Shown here one piece after another: positions 18,487-28,491 of a stretch of DNA of 64,000 bases. The position numbers and the translations under genes were made by a program. The first letter of the stretch is position 1. Every line of letters starts with the position of its first letter. Below the pieces are notes generated by a model that was given only the letters and a program-made list of their open reading frames with translations, was not told the origin of the DNA and searched no databases. The DNA is from an uncultured virus (IMG/VR IMGVR_UViG_2634166398_000002) (Duplodnaviria > Heunggongvirae > Uroviricota > Caudoviricetes): IMG/VR virus record IMGVR_UViG_2634166398_000002. One strand, 5' to 3'.

Positions 18487-19599
18487 TTAGCGCTTTAGTC
18501 TCTTCAGCGCCTCCATATACGAGGTCTTTTTCGATTCCTTGTTCTCCAGTTTTTTCGGCTTAAATAAATCTTCTCTACGGCGATTCTTCGCTTTATAAAC
18601 AGATGTTTCTTTAACTTCAGTGTTTCCATTTTCAATTAGATCATCTAACTGTTTCATCCGTTCATTGATCCAGGTTAATCCACTAAGAATCGTTATCGCC
18701 CTATTACCTTTATCATAATGCCCTTTAAATAAGTCTAGGGGCATCTTGTTATCAAAGACATTAAACAGCTCATTATACGATATATGCTCCGTTAAGAACT
18801 CATGAACATCCAGAATAACTCCAGCTCTCATCACATTTGTAAACTCAACAGGAGTGAAAATCGAATTGTTCCACGACTTTTGTATATCTTCATGCAGCTT
18901 ATCAAAATACTTACCCTCATTTGTAAATTCATTGAGGTCTGTTTGAGCAATAGTCATGATTCCTTGTGTGTCAAAAAGCTGATTTAAATCCTTCCTGTCT
19001 AATGTACTGATCTTTGATCCTCTGTCCGTGTAATTGAGTAAGACTTCGATTAAATCAAGGAACATCTTGTTTGTCTCCTTGTATAGTCTGCTTTCAGAAA
19101 TCTTCCCTTCATATTTGCTCAAAACCATTTGATTATCCAAAGGTAAGACACAGGTCTCTGGCATAGATAAGTCATCAAGTAACTCCAGTGTATTCATCTG
19201 GTTAACCAATACCTCATTATTGTCAGGAAGGATTGGTACAGCAACTATTGTTTTATGTGTATGACATTCGTTTAACAATTCTAATAATATAGGAGCTACC
19301 CCTGAACCGGTTCCACCAGCTGCAGAGAAAACAACAAATATGACTTGTACTGAAGGCTTTTCCATTGTGTTCTTTATAAACTCAATTGAAGATTCCCAGT
19401 TGTTTTTCATATGTTTCGCTGCTATGCTTCTGTCTTTACCTACTCCTTCTGTCCCTACCAGATGAAGCTTATCTTGAATATTGATTAATGAATTAAGGTC
19501 TGAAAGTGAATAATTTATTGCAACAGAATGAAATCCTCTCTTCATTGCTTCATCTGCTACACTTCCACCGGCCTGTCCAACTCCAATAAATCCAAACAT
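18487..19599 (-). CDS. Tubulin/FtsZ-family GTPase (TubZ-like)
   Basis: GVGQAGG, GTEGVGKD, AGGTGSG signature, LDxxD T7-like loop, basic C-terminal tail. Confidence 0.88.
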   Translation of the reverse strand: MFGFIGVGQAGGSVADEAMKRGFHSVAINYSLSDLNSLINIQDKLHLVGTEGVGKDRSIAAKHMKNNWESSIEFIKNTMEKPSVQVIFVVFSAAGGTGSGVAPILLELLNECHTHKTIVAVPILPDNNEVLVNQMNTLELLDDLSMPETCVLPLDNQMVLSKYEGKISESRLYKETNKMFLDLIEVLLNYTDRGSKISTLDRKDLNQLFDTQGIMTIAQTDLNEFTNEGKYFDKLHEDIQKSWNNSIFTPVEFTNVMRAGVILDVHEFLTEHISYNELFNVFDNKMPLDLFKGHYDKGNRAITILSGLTWINERMKQLDDLIENGNTEVKETSVYKAKNRRREDLFKPKKLENKESKKTSYMEALKRLKR

Positions 19600-19883
19600 T
19601 AAACCCTCTCCCCTTCTAATTGATATCGTAAAGCTTCTTGTCCATATTGAGTAATAAAAACTGTATGCTCTTTGCTATTTTTCACTATATTAATAAACTG
19701 CAATGCCTCAAGACGATCGATGCTCTTTCTAAAGGTGGCTTCAGTTAACTGAGTTTTTGCTTGAATGGTTTTCTTCCTAATTGATTTAAACTTTAAATCT
19801 GCCCCTTCATCGCTCAATAAGCCTAGAATATACAAATCATTTCGAGTTAAATTATCAATGACTGAATCAAAATAAGTATTCAT
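19599..19883 (-). CDS. Winged-helix DNA-binding protein (TubR-like)
   Basis: AAGGAGGGG RBS; LTEATFRKSIDRLEALQFI...FITQYG wHTH pattern; stop overlaps tubulin start. Confidence 0.65.
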   Translation of the reverse strand: MNTYFDSVIDNLTRNDLYILGLLSDEGADLKFKSIRKKTIQAKTQLTEATFRKSIDRLEALQFINIVKNSKEHTVFITQYGQEALRYQLEGERV

Positions 19884-19948
19884 GTAACCCCTCCTTAATA
19901 TCTGATGATTTTGAAGTATCTTGGTTGATATACGATTATTATATTGTT

Positions 19949-19970
19949 TATTTGCATTTAAATGCAAATA
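19949..19970. repeat. Perfect 22-bp palindrome in the divergent promoter region
   Basis: TATTTGCATTTAAATGCAAATA, with an extra half-site TTAATGCAAATA at 19981-19992. Confidence 0.8.
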
Positions 19971-20061
19971 TTTTTGTATCTTAATGCAAATAATTACACT
20001 CTGCTTGTATGTAAACCAGTCATTTTATAAAATTTATTCAAACAGCAAAAGGATGATTTAA

Positions 20062-20298
20062 ATGGAATATAGGGTTAAAAGTAAGTTGGATTCATTTCTA
20101 AGTAGCAAAGGTATCGAAAAAGGCTGGTTAGCAGAGCAAATAAAAGCTGAAAGAGCAAGTATATCTAGATGGTGTAAAAATGACAGCGAGGGATTTGCTA
20201 CCGTCCTCCCTAGTACATACAATCTTTTATTGATGGCACATGTTCTAAATTGTAAAGTTGACGATCTTTTTGAATTAATCGAAATTAAATCCAATTAA
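20062..20298 (+). CDS. XRE-family HTH regulator (YoyI position)
   Basis: WLAEQIKAERASISRWC...LNCKVDDLF. Confidence 0.75.
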   Translation: MEYRVKSKLDSFLSSKGIEKGWLAEQIKAERASISRWCKNDSEGFATVLPSTYNLLLMAHVLNCKVDDLFELIEIKSN

Positions 20299-20313
20299 CT
20301 TTGGATTTTTATG

Positions 20314-20342
20314 TTTACAAGAGTAAAAATAAAATATATAAT
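20314..20342 (+). promoter_or_regulatory. SigA promoter for the yonO operon with an A-rich box in the spacer
   Basis: TTTACA-17 bp-TATAAT; spacer contains AGAGTAAAAATAAAAT. Confidence 0.75.
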
Positions 20343-20417
20343 AAAGACACAACCACATGAAGTGGTCTTTATTTTAATCATTTTTAGAGTAAAAATAAAA
20401 TAGTATGGAGGTGTAAG

Positions 20418-20597
20418 ATGAAAAAGCAGTATTTATTTAGTCATTTAATGGGGTTTATTGAGGGAAAAGTAATCGATGGTACAGCAACACCCGAAGAAGA
20501 ATACCTTTATCAGGATTACAAGTGGTACGGAAAGATTAATAAGCAAAGCTTTACATATCGAAGTTTAGTAAATCAATATCTTAATAGCGAATATTAA
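20418..20597 (+). CDS. 59-aa protein (YoyH position; not in ORF track)
   Basis: GGAGGTG RBS; MKKQYLFSHLMGFIEGKV... Confidence 0.65.
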   Translation: MKKQYLFSHLMGFIEGKVIDGTATPEEEYLYQDYKWYGKINKQSFTYRSLVNQYLNSEY

Positions 20598-20637
20598 GCA
20601 CTTATAGAGTAAAAATAAAATAATTGGAGGGGATTGA

Positions 20638-23163
20638 TTGAAAAGAAAAAAAGACGGATTGTCTAAGCAAGTTCACATCTACAGTGTAGACACATCGGCA
20701 TTTTATAATGACAAAGAAAATTCATTACATAATAAGATTTTGAAGTCTTATAGATACAGAGATTACCTTAAGACATTAGACAATGTAAATAATAAACATA
20801 AGAAATACATATCACAAAGAATTACATACCTTAAAGAATGTCTCTATTCCGCATTCGAAGAACATAATAACATAAGAACACTTCGAACTGACAGCCTAAG
20901 GGATAATAAAGTGATTTCTTTATTTGATTCAGTGTTGACCCGAACATTAGGGATTAAAGAAAACACCCTTTCAGAGGAAATCATGGTTGTTCAGACTTAC
21001 CATTTTGAAGTATTGAAGGACATTATTGATCAGGGATTTTTACATAACAATGAAAAATATGTTTATTTCACGAGCAGCGCCGGTCAAATTCGTACAAAGA
21101 AGTCATGTTTCATTAAAAAAAGCACCTACGATAAGTATCAGGATGCTTTGACATGCGGCTTAAGTATTGAAAAGATTAACTCCCTTGGTGGTAGCAGCAT
21201 TAACAAATGGAATAGCTATATGGCCTTATCTAACAGCGCCAGCAGTCCTTGGGAGATTGATATTGATAAAGCTATTGTTGTCAACGACTTAGAAACTGAT
21301 GTGTCGAGTCTCGTTGACTACATTGATCGAGACACATACGAGATCACACGAAAAACAATGAACATTCCCATTGAACATACAGATGGCTGCGGAATGATAC
21401 TTCCCACTCTAAGTCGTAAAAGCTTCATGGTAAGACTCCCATGGGTAAAGGGTTTATTAGTCCCTTTTGATTTTCGTAAATTTGCTGAGGAAAACAAAGC
21501 TTTTAAAGTAACTGATATATACGGTAAGGAATGGGACGTAGTGAAAGATGATGTTCAAATTATCTTCACTAAAAGCCAGTTTAAAATGTGGAAGTATTAT
21601 TCATCGTGGGAAGAATATCAAGGCAATTATAAAAAATATGGATGCTTAGGGGCAAAACTCAACGAAGAAGACCCTTCTATTGAAGGTAAACTCACTTATC
21701 AAATGCTCCAGACACTTACAGATATCTCAGATGAAGAATTAATTCAAATGAGCTCAAAGACTGTAAAAGAGATTACCACATTGGGAACTGACAAAGAAAC
21801 CATGTTAAGAGTTCTTGGAGCTACGGAGAAAAAGAAACATCGGACAGCTCTTCAGGACGCTTTACTTCTATATCCAGAACTTCTTAACGATGATCACACG
21901 AAAGAGATTATTAAAAATAAAAAGAAAAGCATGATTAAAGATGCCAAATCAGGAAAATTGCTTGTTGATGGTGCTCGTTATACATACTTATGCCCTGATC
22001 TATATGCTTTCTGCGAAAAATTATTTCTGAATATCCAGAATCCAAAAGGACTGCTTTCAGGAAATGATGTCCATTGTTCTTTATATGATGAAGGGTATAT
22101 TGACATCCTCCGCTCCCCTCACCTATTCAGAGAGCATGGTGTTAGGTGGAACAAAAAAGATGAGAAATATGAAAAGTGGTTCATTACCCCAGGTGTTTAC
22201 ACAAGCATTCATGATCCGATATCTAAGTTGCTGCAGTTTGATAATGACGGGGATAAGGCCTTAATTATTTCTGATGAGTTAATCGTCAATATTGCCAAGC
22301 GTAATATGGAAAACATCGTTCCGTTGTATTATGAAATGTCTGTAGCCCAGAAACAAAAGATTAATAGCAGGAACATCTATGAAGCACTAACTCTTGCTTA
22401 TGGGATCAATATCGGGGAGTACAGCAACAACATCACTAAGATATGGAATAGCGACAATATAAATCTGGATGTGATCAAATGGTTATGCATGGAAAATAAC
22501 TTTACTATTGATTTTGCAAAAACCTTATTCATGCCTACCCGTCCTGATCATGTTGATGAAAAAATTAAAGATTACATAAAAAATAAAGTGCCTCACTTCT
22601 TTATCAATGCAAAGGATAAAGAAGAACATAGCGTTGAGTTAATTAATGAAAGCACAGTAAATAAGTTAGACTCCATTATCCCTTCTGACCGAATTAATTT
22701 CGCAGCAGTAGCAGGAAAATTTGATTATCGTTTCCTGCTCAAGAACAAGGAGATTAAGTTGGACGAGGCAATTATTAGTGAGTACAAACGATTAGACCAA
22801 AACAAGAAATGGCTCATGAATGATGAAGACATTAAGCCTGGACAAAAACTTTATGTTTATAAGGTCATTAAAGACAGATTGTTAAAAATCCACAATGACG
22901 AGCAATATGTTACTGATGTTTTAGTAAAGTACCTATATAAAAAGAAAAGCAAATTTAAATCAACATTATGGGAGTGCTTTGGAGAGACTTTATTAGAGAA
23001 TCTAAGACATAACTTAAAGACTTATAGAGGATGCTGTAGTTGCGGAAAAATGTTTAAGTCGACTTCGCACAAGGCGAAATATTGTCCAACCTGTGCAAAG
23101 AAAATAGCACAAAAGCAAAAAAACAAGTGGAAAAGGGATAAGTGGAGGAAGGAAGAAAAATAG
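20638..23163 (+). CDS. yonO: YonO single-subunit DNA-dependent RNA polymerase
   Basis: TDGCG, RSPH, catalytic FDNDGD motif; C-terminal CxxC...CxxC; 841 aa. Confidence 0.93.
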   Translation: MKRKKDGLSKQVHIYSVDTSAFYNDKENSLHNKILKSYRYRDYLKTLDNVNNKHKKYISQRITYLKECLYSAFEEHNNIRTLRTDSLRDNKVISLFDSVLTRTLGIKENTLSEEIMVVQTYHFEVLKDIIDQGFLHNNEKYVYFTSSAGQIRTKKSCFIKKSTYDKYQDALTCGLSIEKINSLGGSSINKWNSYMALSNSASSPWEIDIDKAIVVNDLETDVSSLVDYIDRDTYEITRKTMNIPIEHTDGCGMILPTLSRKSFMVRLPWVKGLLVPFDFRKFAEENKAFKVTDIYGKEWDVVKDDVQIIFTKSQFKMWKYYSSWEEYQGNYKKYGCLGAKLNEEDPSIEGKLTYQMLQTLTDISDEELIQMSSKTVKEITTLGTDKETMLRVLGATEKKKHRTALQDALLLYPELLNDDHTKEIIKNKKKSMIKDAKSGKLLVDGARYTYLCPDLYAFCEKLFLNIQNPKGLLSGNDVHCSLYDEGYIDILRSPHLFREHGVRWNKKDEKYEKWFITPGVYTSIHDPISKLLQFDNDGDKALIISDELIVNIAKRNMENIVPLYYEMSVAQKQKINSRNIYEALTLAYGINIGEYSNNITKIWNSDNINLDVIKWLCMENNFTIDFAKTLFMPTRPDHVDEKIKDYIKNKVPHFFINAKDKEEHSVELINESTVNKLDSIIPSDRINFAAVAGKFDYRFLLKNKEIKLDEAIISEYKRLDQNKKWLMNDEDIKPGQKLYVYKVIKDRLLKIHNDEQYVTDVLVKYLYKKKSKFKSTLWECFGETLLENLRHNLKTYRGCCSCGKMFKSTSHKAKYCPTCAKKIAQKQKNKWKRDKWRKEEK

Positions 23164-23416
23164 AAAGTGCCCTGAGCCTTACTCCCCCAAGGGGTACAGC
23201 GATTTTACCGGAAAAAGTTTAACAAAAAAAGTGCCTTGAACCCTTGATATGACTGGTCTGAAAGCCCCTTTTGAGATAATCGCCATAAGGGAGAAAGAAA
23301 GCTAATTTCCACATATAAGGGTGAGTACGTCTCCCATTTTTTCAAAAGAAGCACAAACGGTACCGTAATTATATTTTAACACAAAAATAAACAATATCAC
23401 TAGGAGGAATTAAAAC

Positions 23417-23692
23417 ATGAACAAAACAGAATTTGTTGGAGAAGTTGCAGAGAAATTAGGAGTTACTAAGAAAGAAGCTACGCCTAAAGTAGAAGCAGTA
23501 TTTAATGTGATCGTTGAAACACTTACAAAAGGTGAATCAATCAAGATTCCTGGAGTTGGAACGTTTGAAGTTCGTGAACGTGCAGCTCGTAAAGGGAGAA
23601 ATCCAAAATCGGGCGAAGAAATTGATATTCCAGCTACAAAGGCACCTGCCTTCAAGGCTGCTAAAGCTCTAAAAGACGCAGTGAAAGCTTAA
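23417..23692 (+). CDS. yonN: HU-family DNA-binding protein
   Basis: MNKTEF...GTFEVRERAARKGRNPKSGEEIDIPATKAPAFKA. Confidence 0.95.
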   Translation: MNKTEFVGEVAEKLGVTKKEATPKVEAVFNVIVETLTKGESIKIPGVGTFEVRERAARKGRNPKSGEEIDIPATKAPAFKAAKALKDAVKA

Positions 23693-23699
23693 TAAAAGT

Positions 23700-24930
23700 T
23701 AATGAGGACGACAGGAAAGGCTTCCTGCACGCTTTGTCACATAGAGCTTATGCTCCTAAAAGTGGCAGAGTTAGATGTTATGGAGGAAATTGTCGCCCTC
23801 CCCTCTTTTCGCATGTGTTCATCTCCAGGTTAATCAATTAGAGTTCTTTTATTGGCGACATGGGGGTGTCGTCAATAATAAGCTGTTTACTGATATGTGG
23901 GATATCAGTTCTCCGCTAATATTCATTTGTTTGAGGACTTGGAATGCCAGGGTTTCGGATAAGTGGATATTAGCGGGGTATTGCCCCATCGTGGATGAAG
24001 CTTTTTCTAAACATTGCTATTCTCACTTTCATACGAACAAAAGCATTAAATTCGAATTTACAGCTACAACTGGTCATTGTAGTTAGTCGGATAATGGTCA
24101 TTTATGAGGGTTCGAGGTTAACTCGGAAGTCTGTGTCTTAAAGAGACAGGTAAATGGCTATTATCGGGCTAGATATGCCGATAAGACTTAACGCATTATT
24201 GTAAATTGCGACTGAATCCCATCAGGGTCTTATTATGGGTGGCATATAGCCTGAATATTAATTGCGGTGTATTGCTTCGGCTTGCACTTAGGTAAGGCAG
24301 ATGCGTCTCCCTTCCCTTTAAATAATGCCCTTGTAAGCTTTGATGCTTATTATGCGGTCATCAAAAATTTTTCCGGGTTAGCGAGGCTTTGTAATTACAT
24401 ACCCTCGTAAAATAAGTGGGATGGCTTTTGAGCGCTTGATCACCACTCCCATTTCACAGAAAAGGATTATTTTCGGTCTTGCCTTTTCAATTTCACTTAA
24501 CAACACGTTCACTTTATTTCACTTCATCTCCTTCAATGTTCTGTATGGAGACTTATCTTTCCCATGCGCATACCTCCTTACACGGGTCAGAGAAAACTGT
24601 GCAAAATAAATGGCGAGCGTTTGAGACGCTTTGTTTTCTCAATAAGGCGCGTAACCTGACAAGAGAGACTGAAAATGCCATTGAGAAGGCTTATAATGGG
24701 TCTTTCCTTCTTATATTTTTAAATATCTATAAACAGCTAACGTGCAAGCTCTTTTAAGGTGATGCTTAACAGAGCGATACTAAGCAGTTCACGAGACAAC
24801 CGTGAATTCTCCGCCGGTGGGGACTTTAAATACGTTCCGGAAAGCGTGTATTATTTGTTGTCATAGCTCATCTGCCAGGTGTAGAAGGAGAATCCGGTTT
24901 TCGCACAGCGATTACCGGTTTTTATTTTTT
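23700..24930 (+). ncRNA. Putative large structured non-coding RNA(s)
   Basis: No credible ORF; continuous hairpins with many G-U pairs valid on the plus strand; long-range closing helix 23881-23889/24730-24738. Confidence 0.6.
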
Positions 24931-25117
24931 TGCTCATGTACCTTGATGTACAAGGAGTTTCTGAAGACGTTATTTGGCGTCTTTTGTTATTTTCGACTTA
25001 CAAAGATTTCGATCGATGAATCCATAATCAGCGTATTCCCTGTCGATTTTGCGTACCTACTTGGGTTAATGAATAATATGTAAGGAAACGCTAATTTCGT
25101 ATAATTTTCAAGGGAGG

Positions 25118-25357
25118 ATGAAAAAGATGGACACAAATATTCGCGTTAAAGTTATGTATGATGACACGGTATATAATAAGTGGGGCGAGATTATTAATGA
25201 AACTTATGCCGGCGAGATTATCGATGCTATCCTTAACGAAGCCACTGAAGAATATTTTGGAAAGGATCGGAAAGGTTGCAAAGTATTTGTCGGATCTCTC
25301 GACATGTACGGCAAGCTCGTACTGGAACCTGGATTTAAATTAGTAAACCACAAATAA
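25118..25357 (+). CDS. Hypothetical protein
   Basis: GGGAGG RBS, ORF track. Confidence 0.55.
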   Translation: MKKMDTNIRVKVMYDDTVYNKWGEIINETYAGEIIDAILNEATEEYFGKDRKGCKVFVGSLDMYGKLVLEPGFKLVNHK

Positions 25358-25412
25358 CGCAATCAGAACGAGGCTTCCGCACCCTACGGCGGCGGTCTTT
25401 TTGTGCTTGCGT
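25358..25412 (+). repeat. Hairpin repeat, copy 1
   Basis: ACGCAATCAGAACGAGGCTTCC-loop-GGTCTTTTTGTGCTTGCGT. Confidence 0.85.
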
Positions 25413-25435
25413 AAATAAAACGAATAGGAGGCGTT

Positions 25436-25654
25436 ATGATGAGCGAACTAACTTACGAAACAGTGCGCGATTGGGTGCTGTCCGATCCTTTGAACGACGG
25501 CATTATGTCGGTGTCTACGATAAAACGGCGATTTCGTATAGCGCACGGCCGGGCGGAAGCGTTTATGAGACAGCTTATTGAGGACGGCATAGTTAGCGCT
25601 TCTGGGAAACCGCGCAGAATTCTAAAGATAAATAACGAAAAGGAGACGGTTTAA
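25436..25654 (+). CDS. Stand-alone FtsK/SpoIIIE gamma-domain protein
   Basis: SVSTIKRRFRIAHGRAEAFMRQLIEDGIVS..GKPRRIL resembles the gamma consensus SxSxLQRRFRIGYNRAARLIDxLExxGIV..GSKPRxVL. Confidence 0.7.
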   Translation: MMSELTYETVRDWVLSDPLNDGIMSVSTIKRRFRIAHGRAEAFMRQLIEDGIVSASGKPRRILKINNEKETV

Positions 25655-25765
25655 ATGGCGGACATCAACGTAAGAGTAAACGTAGGTATCTGAGACTATA
25701 ACCGACCTCTCAAGGCGCTTCAGCGCGAAGCAAAGGCGGCATGTCAAACTATTGCAACTTGCTAA
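25654..25765 (+). pseudogene. Frameshifted remnant of a small phage gene
   Basis: AAGGAG RBS, MADINVRVNV then stop; alternate frame gives VSETITDL, original frame resumes LKALQREAKAA. Confidence 0.45.
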
Positions 25766-25775
25766 AATCCAACAC

Positions 25776-25830
25776 ACGCAATCAGAACGAGGCTTCCATT
25801 CTAGAATTGGGGGTCTTTTTGTGCTTGCGT
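25776..25830 (+). repeat. Hairpin repeat, copy 2
   Basis: Same arms as copy 1 with a different loop. Confidence 0.85.
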
Positions 25831-26037
25831 TAGCCTACGGACCGACCGGAATAGGCTTACGAGCCTTCCGGTACGCAAGTTATCAATAATCTCCTTCGGG
25901 CGTGTCCCCAACGCCTATCCGACTTATCTTTTCATCTCCTTTATATCCCCTTTTCGGACGTTACCGATGCTTCGGATCATCGGGCTTCCGAAGGAGCTTA
26001 TTGTACGTAAATAAAACACATATTGGAGGAATTAAAT

Positions 26038-26247
26038 TTGGCTAAAGGTAAGAAAGAATATTCTTTTAAAAAATGCACCGTAAATGTTGATGAAGATCAA
26101 ATTATTGAACATAAAGGTGAAGGCATACAAATTCACTCACTATCTAAGTATCTAAGAGAGATGGAAAGCAAAACGGAGCTAATTGATTTCACGTTAAAAA
26201 GTGACAGTGATGTTGTTCCCCAAGAAACTGAAGGACTTTCTGAGTAG
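26038..26247 (+). CDS. yonK: YonK-like protein
   Basis: GGAGGA RBS, TTG start; size and synteny before yonJ. Confidence 0.55.
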   Translation: MAKGKKEYSFKKCTVNVDEDQIIEHKGEGIQIHSLSKYLREMESKTELIDFTLKSDSDVVPQETEGLSE

Positions 26248-26258
26248 GTGGTGACTGA

Positions 26259-27458
26259 ATGACAGCTATTTTAGATACTGTTTTACAGCGAGAAAAAGAC
26301 GAATCATTTACTGATTATCATATTAGACTTTTCAAAAACAAAGATACTTATCACATTGACACAAAAACAATTGCTACACTATTAAATAAAGATCAGGGAA
26401 CCAACTATGATGAAAGCAAATGGCGTAAAGACTTTAAACAATTTGAGCGCTGGCACGATTACTTTATCTCAAAGAATATGAACAAAGAAGTTCAACAAAA
26501 ACATGAAGAAATTCGCATTGAATCTGAAAAACAAACAATTAAAGCACGAGATCAAAAAAGAGAATTCCGGAAATTCATTGCCAATCAAGCACGGTTTGAA
26601 CAAATTAAAGATGATGTTGTTCAAGCTATTGCATCTCTAGAGTCAAAAAGACCCCTTCGCTTCACCTTCCCATCACCTGCTATTGCTGAAAAACATGGAC
26701 TCGCTCTATTCAGTGATTGGCACTTCGGAATGGAAATCGACAACCGTATTAATAAATTCAATAAAGAAATCTTTAATGAGCGTGTAGAACATCTAACCAA
26801 CAAAGTGATTGAGTATGGTAAACAGAATCATGTTTCCACACTGCACGTAGCAAATCTCGGTGATTTAATCGGAGGTCTTATTCATGTGTCTACAAGAGTT
26901 CAGGCCAATGAAGATGCTGTAGAACAAATTAAATATGTATCAGAAACGCTTGCAGAAGTGCTAGCTATGTTGGCAAGTGAGTTTCAAGAGGTTAAGTTCT
27001 ACAACGTGGCAGGAAATCACGGTCGCCTCTCCCCTTCTAAAAATGATGTAGGGATTAAAGAAAACTTTGAATACCTCATTAATTGGTACCTCGAAGCCAG
27101 ATTGAAGAACATAAAGAACCTCTCCATTGAACCTGAGCAAGACGGTTTCATCCCCGCTAAAATCAACAATCAGGAAGTCGTGTTTGTACACGGACACTAC
27201 GATCGTGTTGATCAGTGTGTAACACGATTACCTCAATTGCTTGGCTACATCCCTTCTTATATATTCGGTGGTCATATTCATCACAATTATGAAAAAGAGT
27301 ACGGCAGCACAACAGTTGTTGTAAATGGAGCGCTTGTCGGTGCGGATGATTATGCTATGCAAGGTCGGTTTGGAACAAAGCCTTCTCAAAAATTTATGGT
27401 TTTTGATGATGCAGGTATTGAGGCTACCTACATAATTCGCTTTAAAAATGAAAAGTAA
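26259..27458 (+). CDS. yonJ: Calcineurin-like metallophosphoesterase (YonJ)
   Basis: SDWH, LGD, GNHG, HGH, GHIH motifs. Confidence 0.85.
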   Translation: MTAILDTVLQREKDESFTDYHIRLFKNKDTYHIDTKTIATLLNKDQGTNYDESKWRKDFKQFERWHDYFISKNMNKEVQQKHEEIRIESEKQTIKARDQKREFRKFIANQARFEQIKDDVVQAIASLESKRPLRFTFPSPAIAEKHGLALFSDWHFGMEIDNRINKFNKEIFNERVEHLTNKVIEYGKQNHVSTLHVANLGDLIGGLIHVSTRVQANEDAVEQIKYVSETLAEVLAMLASEFQEVKFYNVAGNHGRLSPSKNDVGIKENFEYLINWYLEARLKNIKNLSIEPEQDGFIPAKINNQEVVFVHGHYDRVDQCVTRLPQLLGYIPSYIFGGHIHHNYEKEYGSTTVVVNGALVGADDYAMQGRFGTKPSQKFMVFDDAGIEATYIIRFKNEK

Positions 27459-27605
27459 AAGGGATGATCCTATGTCTACAAACGATTTTATAGAAATATT
27501 AGCAGCACAGTGGGACAACCTGTCCCCTGAAAGCAAGAGCACTCTAGTAAATTTGATTGTTAATTGATATAAAACTTTAATTTTATTCGGATTGGGGCAG
27601 TGTAA

Positions 27606-27935
27606 GTGACTGATTACAAAGATGTTTACGAGTCTTTCTGGAAGGAAATCATTGAAGATGGAACAAGAAATATTAACAAAGAACAATTAATGAAAGAGCT
27701 GTGTGATTATAAGTATCTGTTGGATTCAATTCCTGCTGTTTATGAAGAAGTGACTTGTAATACTGTAAGTAAGCCATTTGCTGATCCTAAATATGTTATT
27801 GAGACTCATAGAGAAGCTTTTATAAATAAAAGAATTGCCATAGATGATTTAAGAAACATGAGTGTGGCAGCAAAACACTATTCACCTTATGAGACAGTTG
27901 TGAGCCTAGGAGCTATTGAAAGTTTATTAAAGTAA
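27606..27935 (+). CDS. YonI-like hypothetical protein
   Basis: ORF track, synteny. Confidence 0.55.
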   Translation: MTDYKDVYESFWKEIIEDGTRNINKEQLMKELCDYKYLLDSIPAVYEEVTCNTVSKPFADPKYVIETHREAFINKRIAIDDLRNMSVAAKHYSPYETVVSLGAIESLLK

Positions 27936-27966
27936 TACAAAAAACGATTGAGGATGAAGACGAAAA

Positions 27967-28491
27967 ATGACGAATGAAGATTTTAAATACTTAAATAAAC
28001 ATTTAGAAACCCTCTCAGAGTTAAAACAGTCTGGATACAGATGTGATTCTGAGATTAAGCGTGTATTAGAAGCTATTCATTTAACTATTTTTGGAGAGAA
28101 AATCCAACCTCCATCCAAGCGAATGAAAGTTGTTTTTAATGACGTGGATAAATCACTACAAGAAAAATTTCATAAAAATGCACCCAAAATACTGCTGGTA
28201 AATGGTTCTCAGAGAGGTAAAGGTAAAACAACTCTTCTTCTTAGGCTATCACAAGAGAATAATATTCCTTTACTTGTAGGTGCTCATCAAAAGGTTTACA
28301 AAGACTTAGCCAAAGAAAAAGGAATTAGTTGTACTATTATCTCAGTCAATTATTTAGAAGGTAACCATTTTCCGAATGGCGTTTATATCGACAGTACTGT
28401 TACTAAAGATCAACTCAAAACAATTAAAAAATTAGGAATTGAGATCAAAGGAGGATTTCATCATGATGAAGTCCTCTCTTCTTTAGTTTAA
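27967..28491 (+). CDS. yonH: YonH-like protein with P-loop
   Basis: RGKGKTT; synteny. Confidence 0.55.
   Translation: MTNEDFKYLNKHLETLSELKQSGYRCDSEIKRVLEAIHLTIFGEKIQPPSKRMKVVFNDVDKSLQEKFHKNAPKILLVNGSQRGKGKTTLLLRLSQENNIPLLVGAHQKVYKDLAKEKGISCTIISVNYLEGNHFPNGVYIDSTVTKDQLKTIKKLGIEIKGGFHHDEVLSSLV

Noticed and set aside
18487..19599. Host ftsZ
   Set aside because: Divergent sequence without the FtsZ C-terminal core peptide, no dcw context, coupled to a wHTH gene
24200..24810. Group I intron or tRNA identity for the structured region
   Set aside because: Only fragments (AAATTGCG, AGAGAGACTG) resemble intron elements; no ordered P/Q/R/S core, flanking exons or cloverleaf found
23775..25083. Track ORFs 23775..24086, 24421..24609, 24479..24757 and 24802..25083
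   Set aside because: No convincing RBS, atypical Cys/Phe-rich composition, and overlap with extensive RNA helices
25358..25830. CRISPR array
   Set aside because: Only two copies about 360 bp apart enclosing a gene; no cas genes
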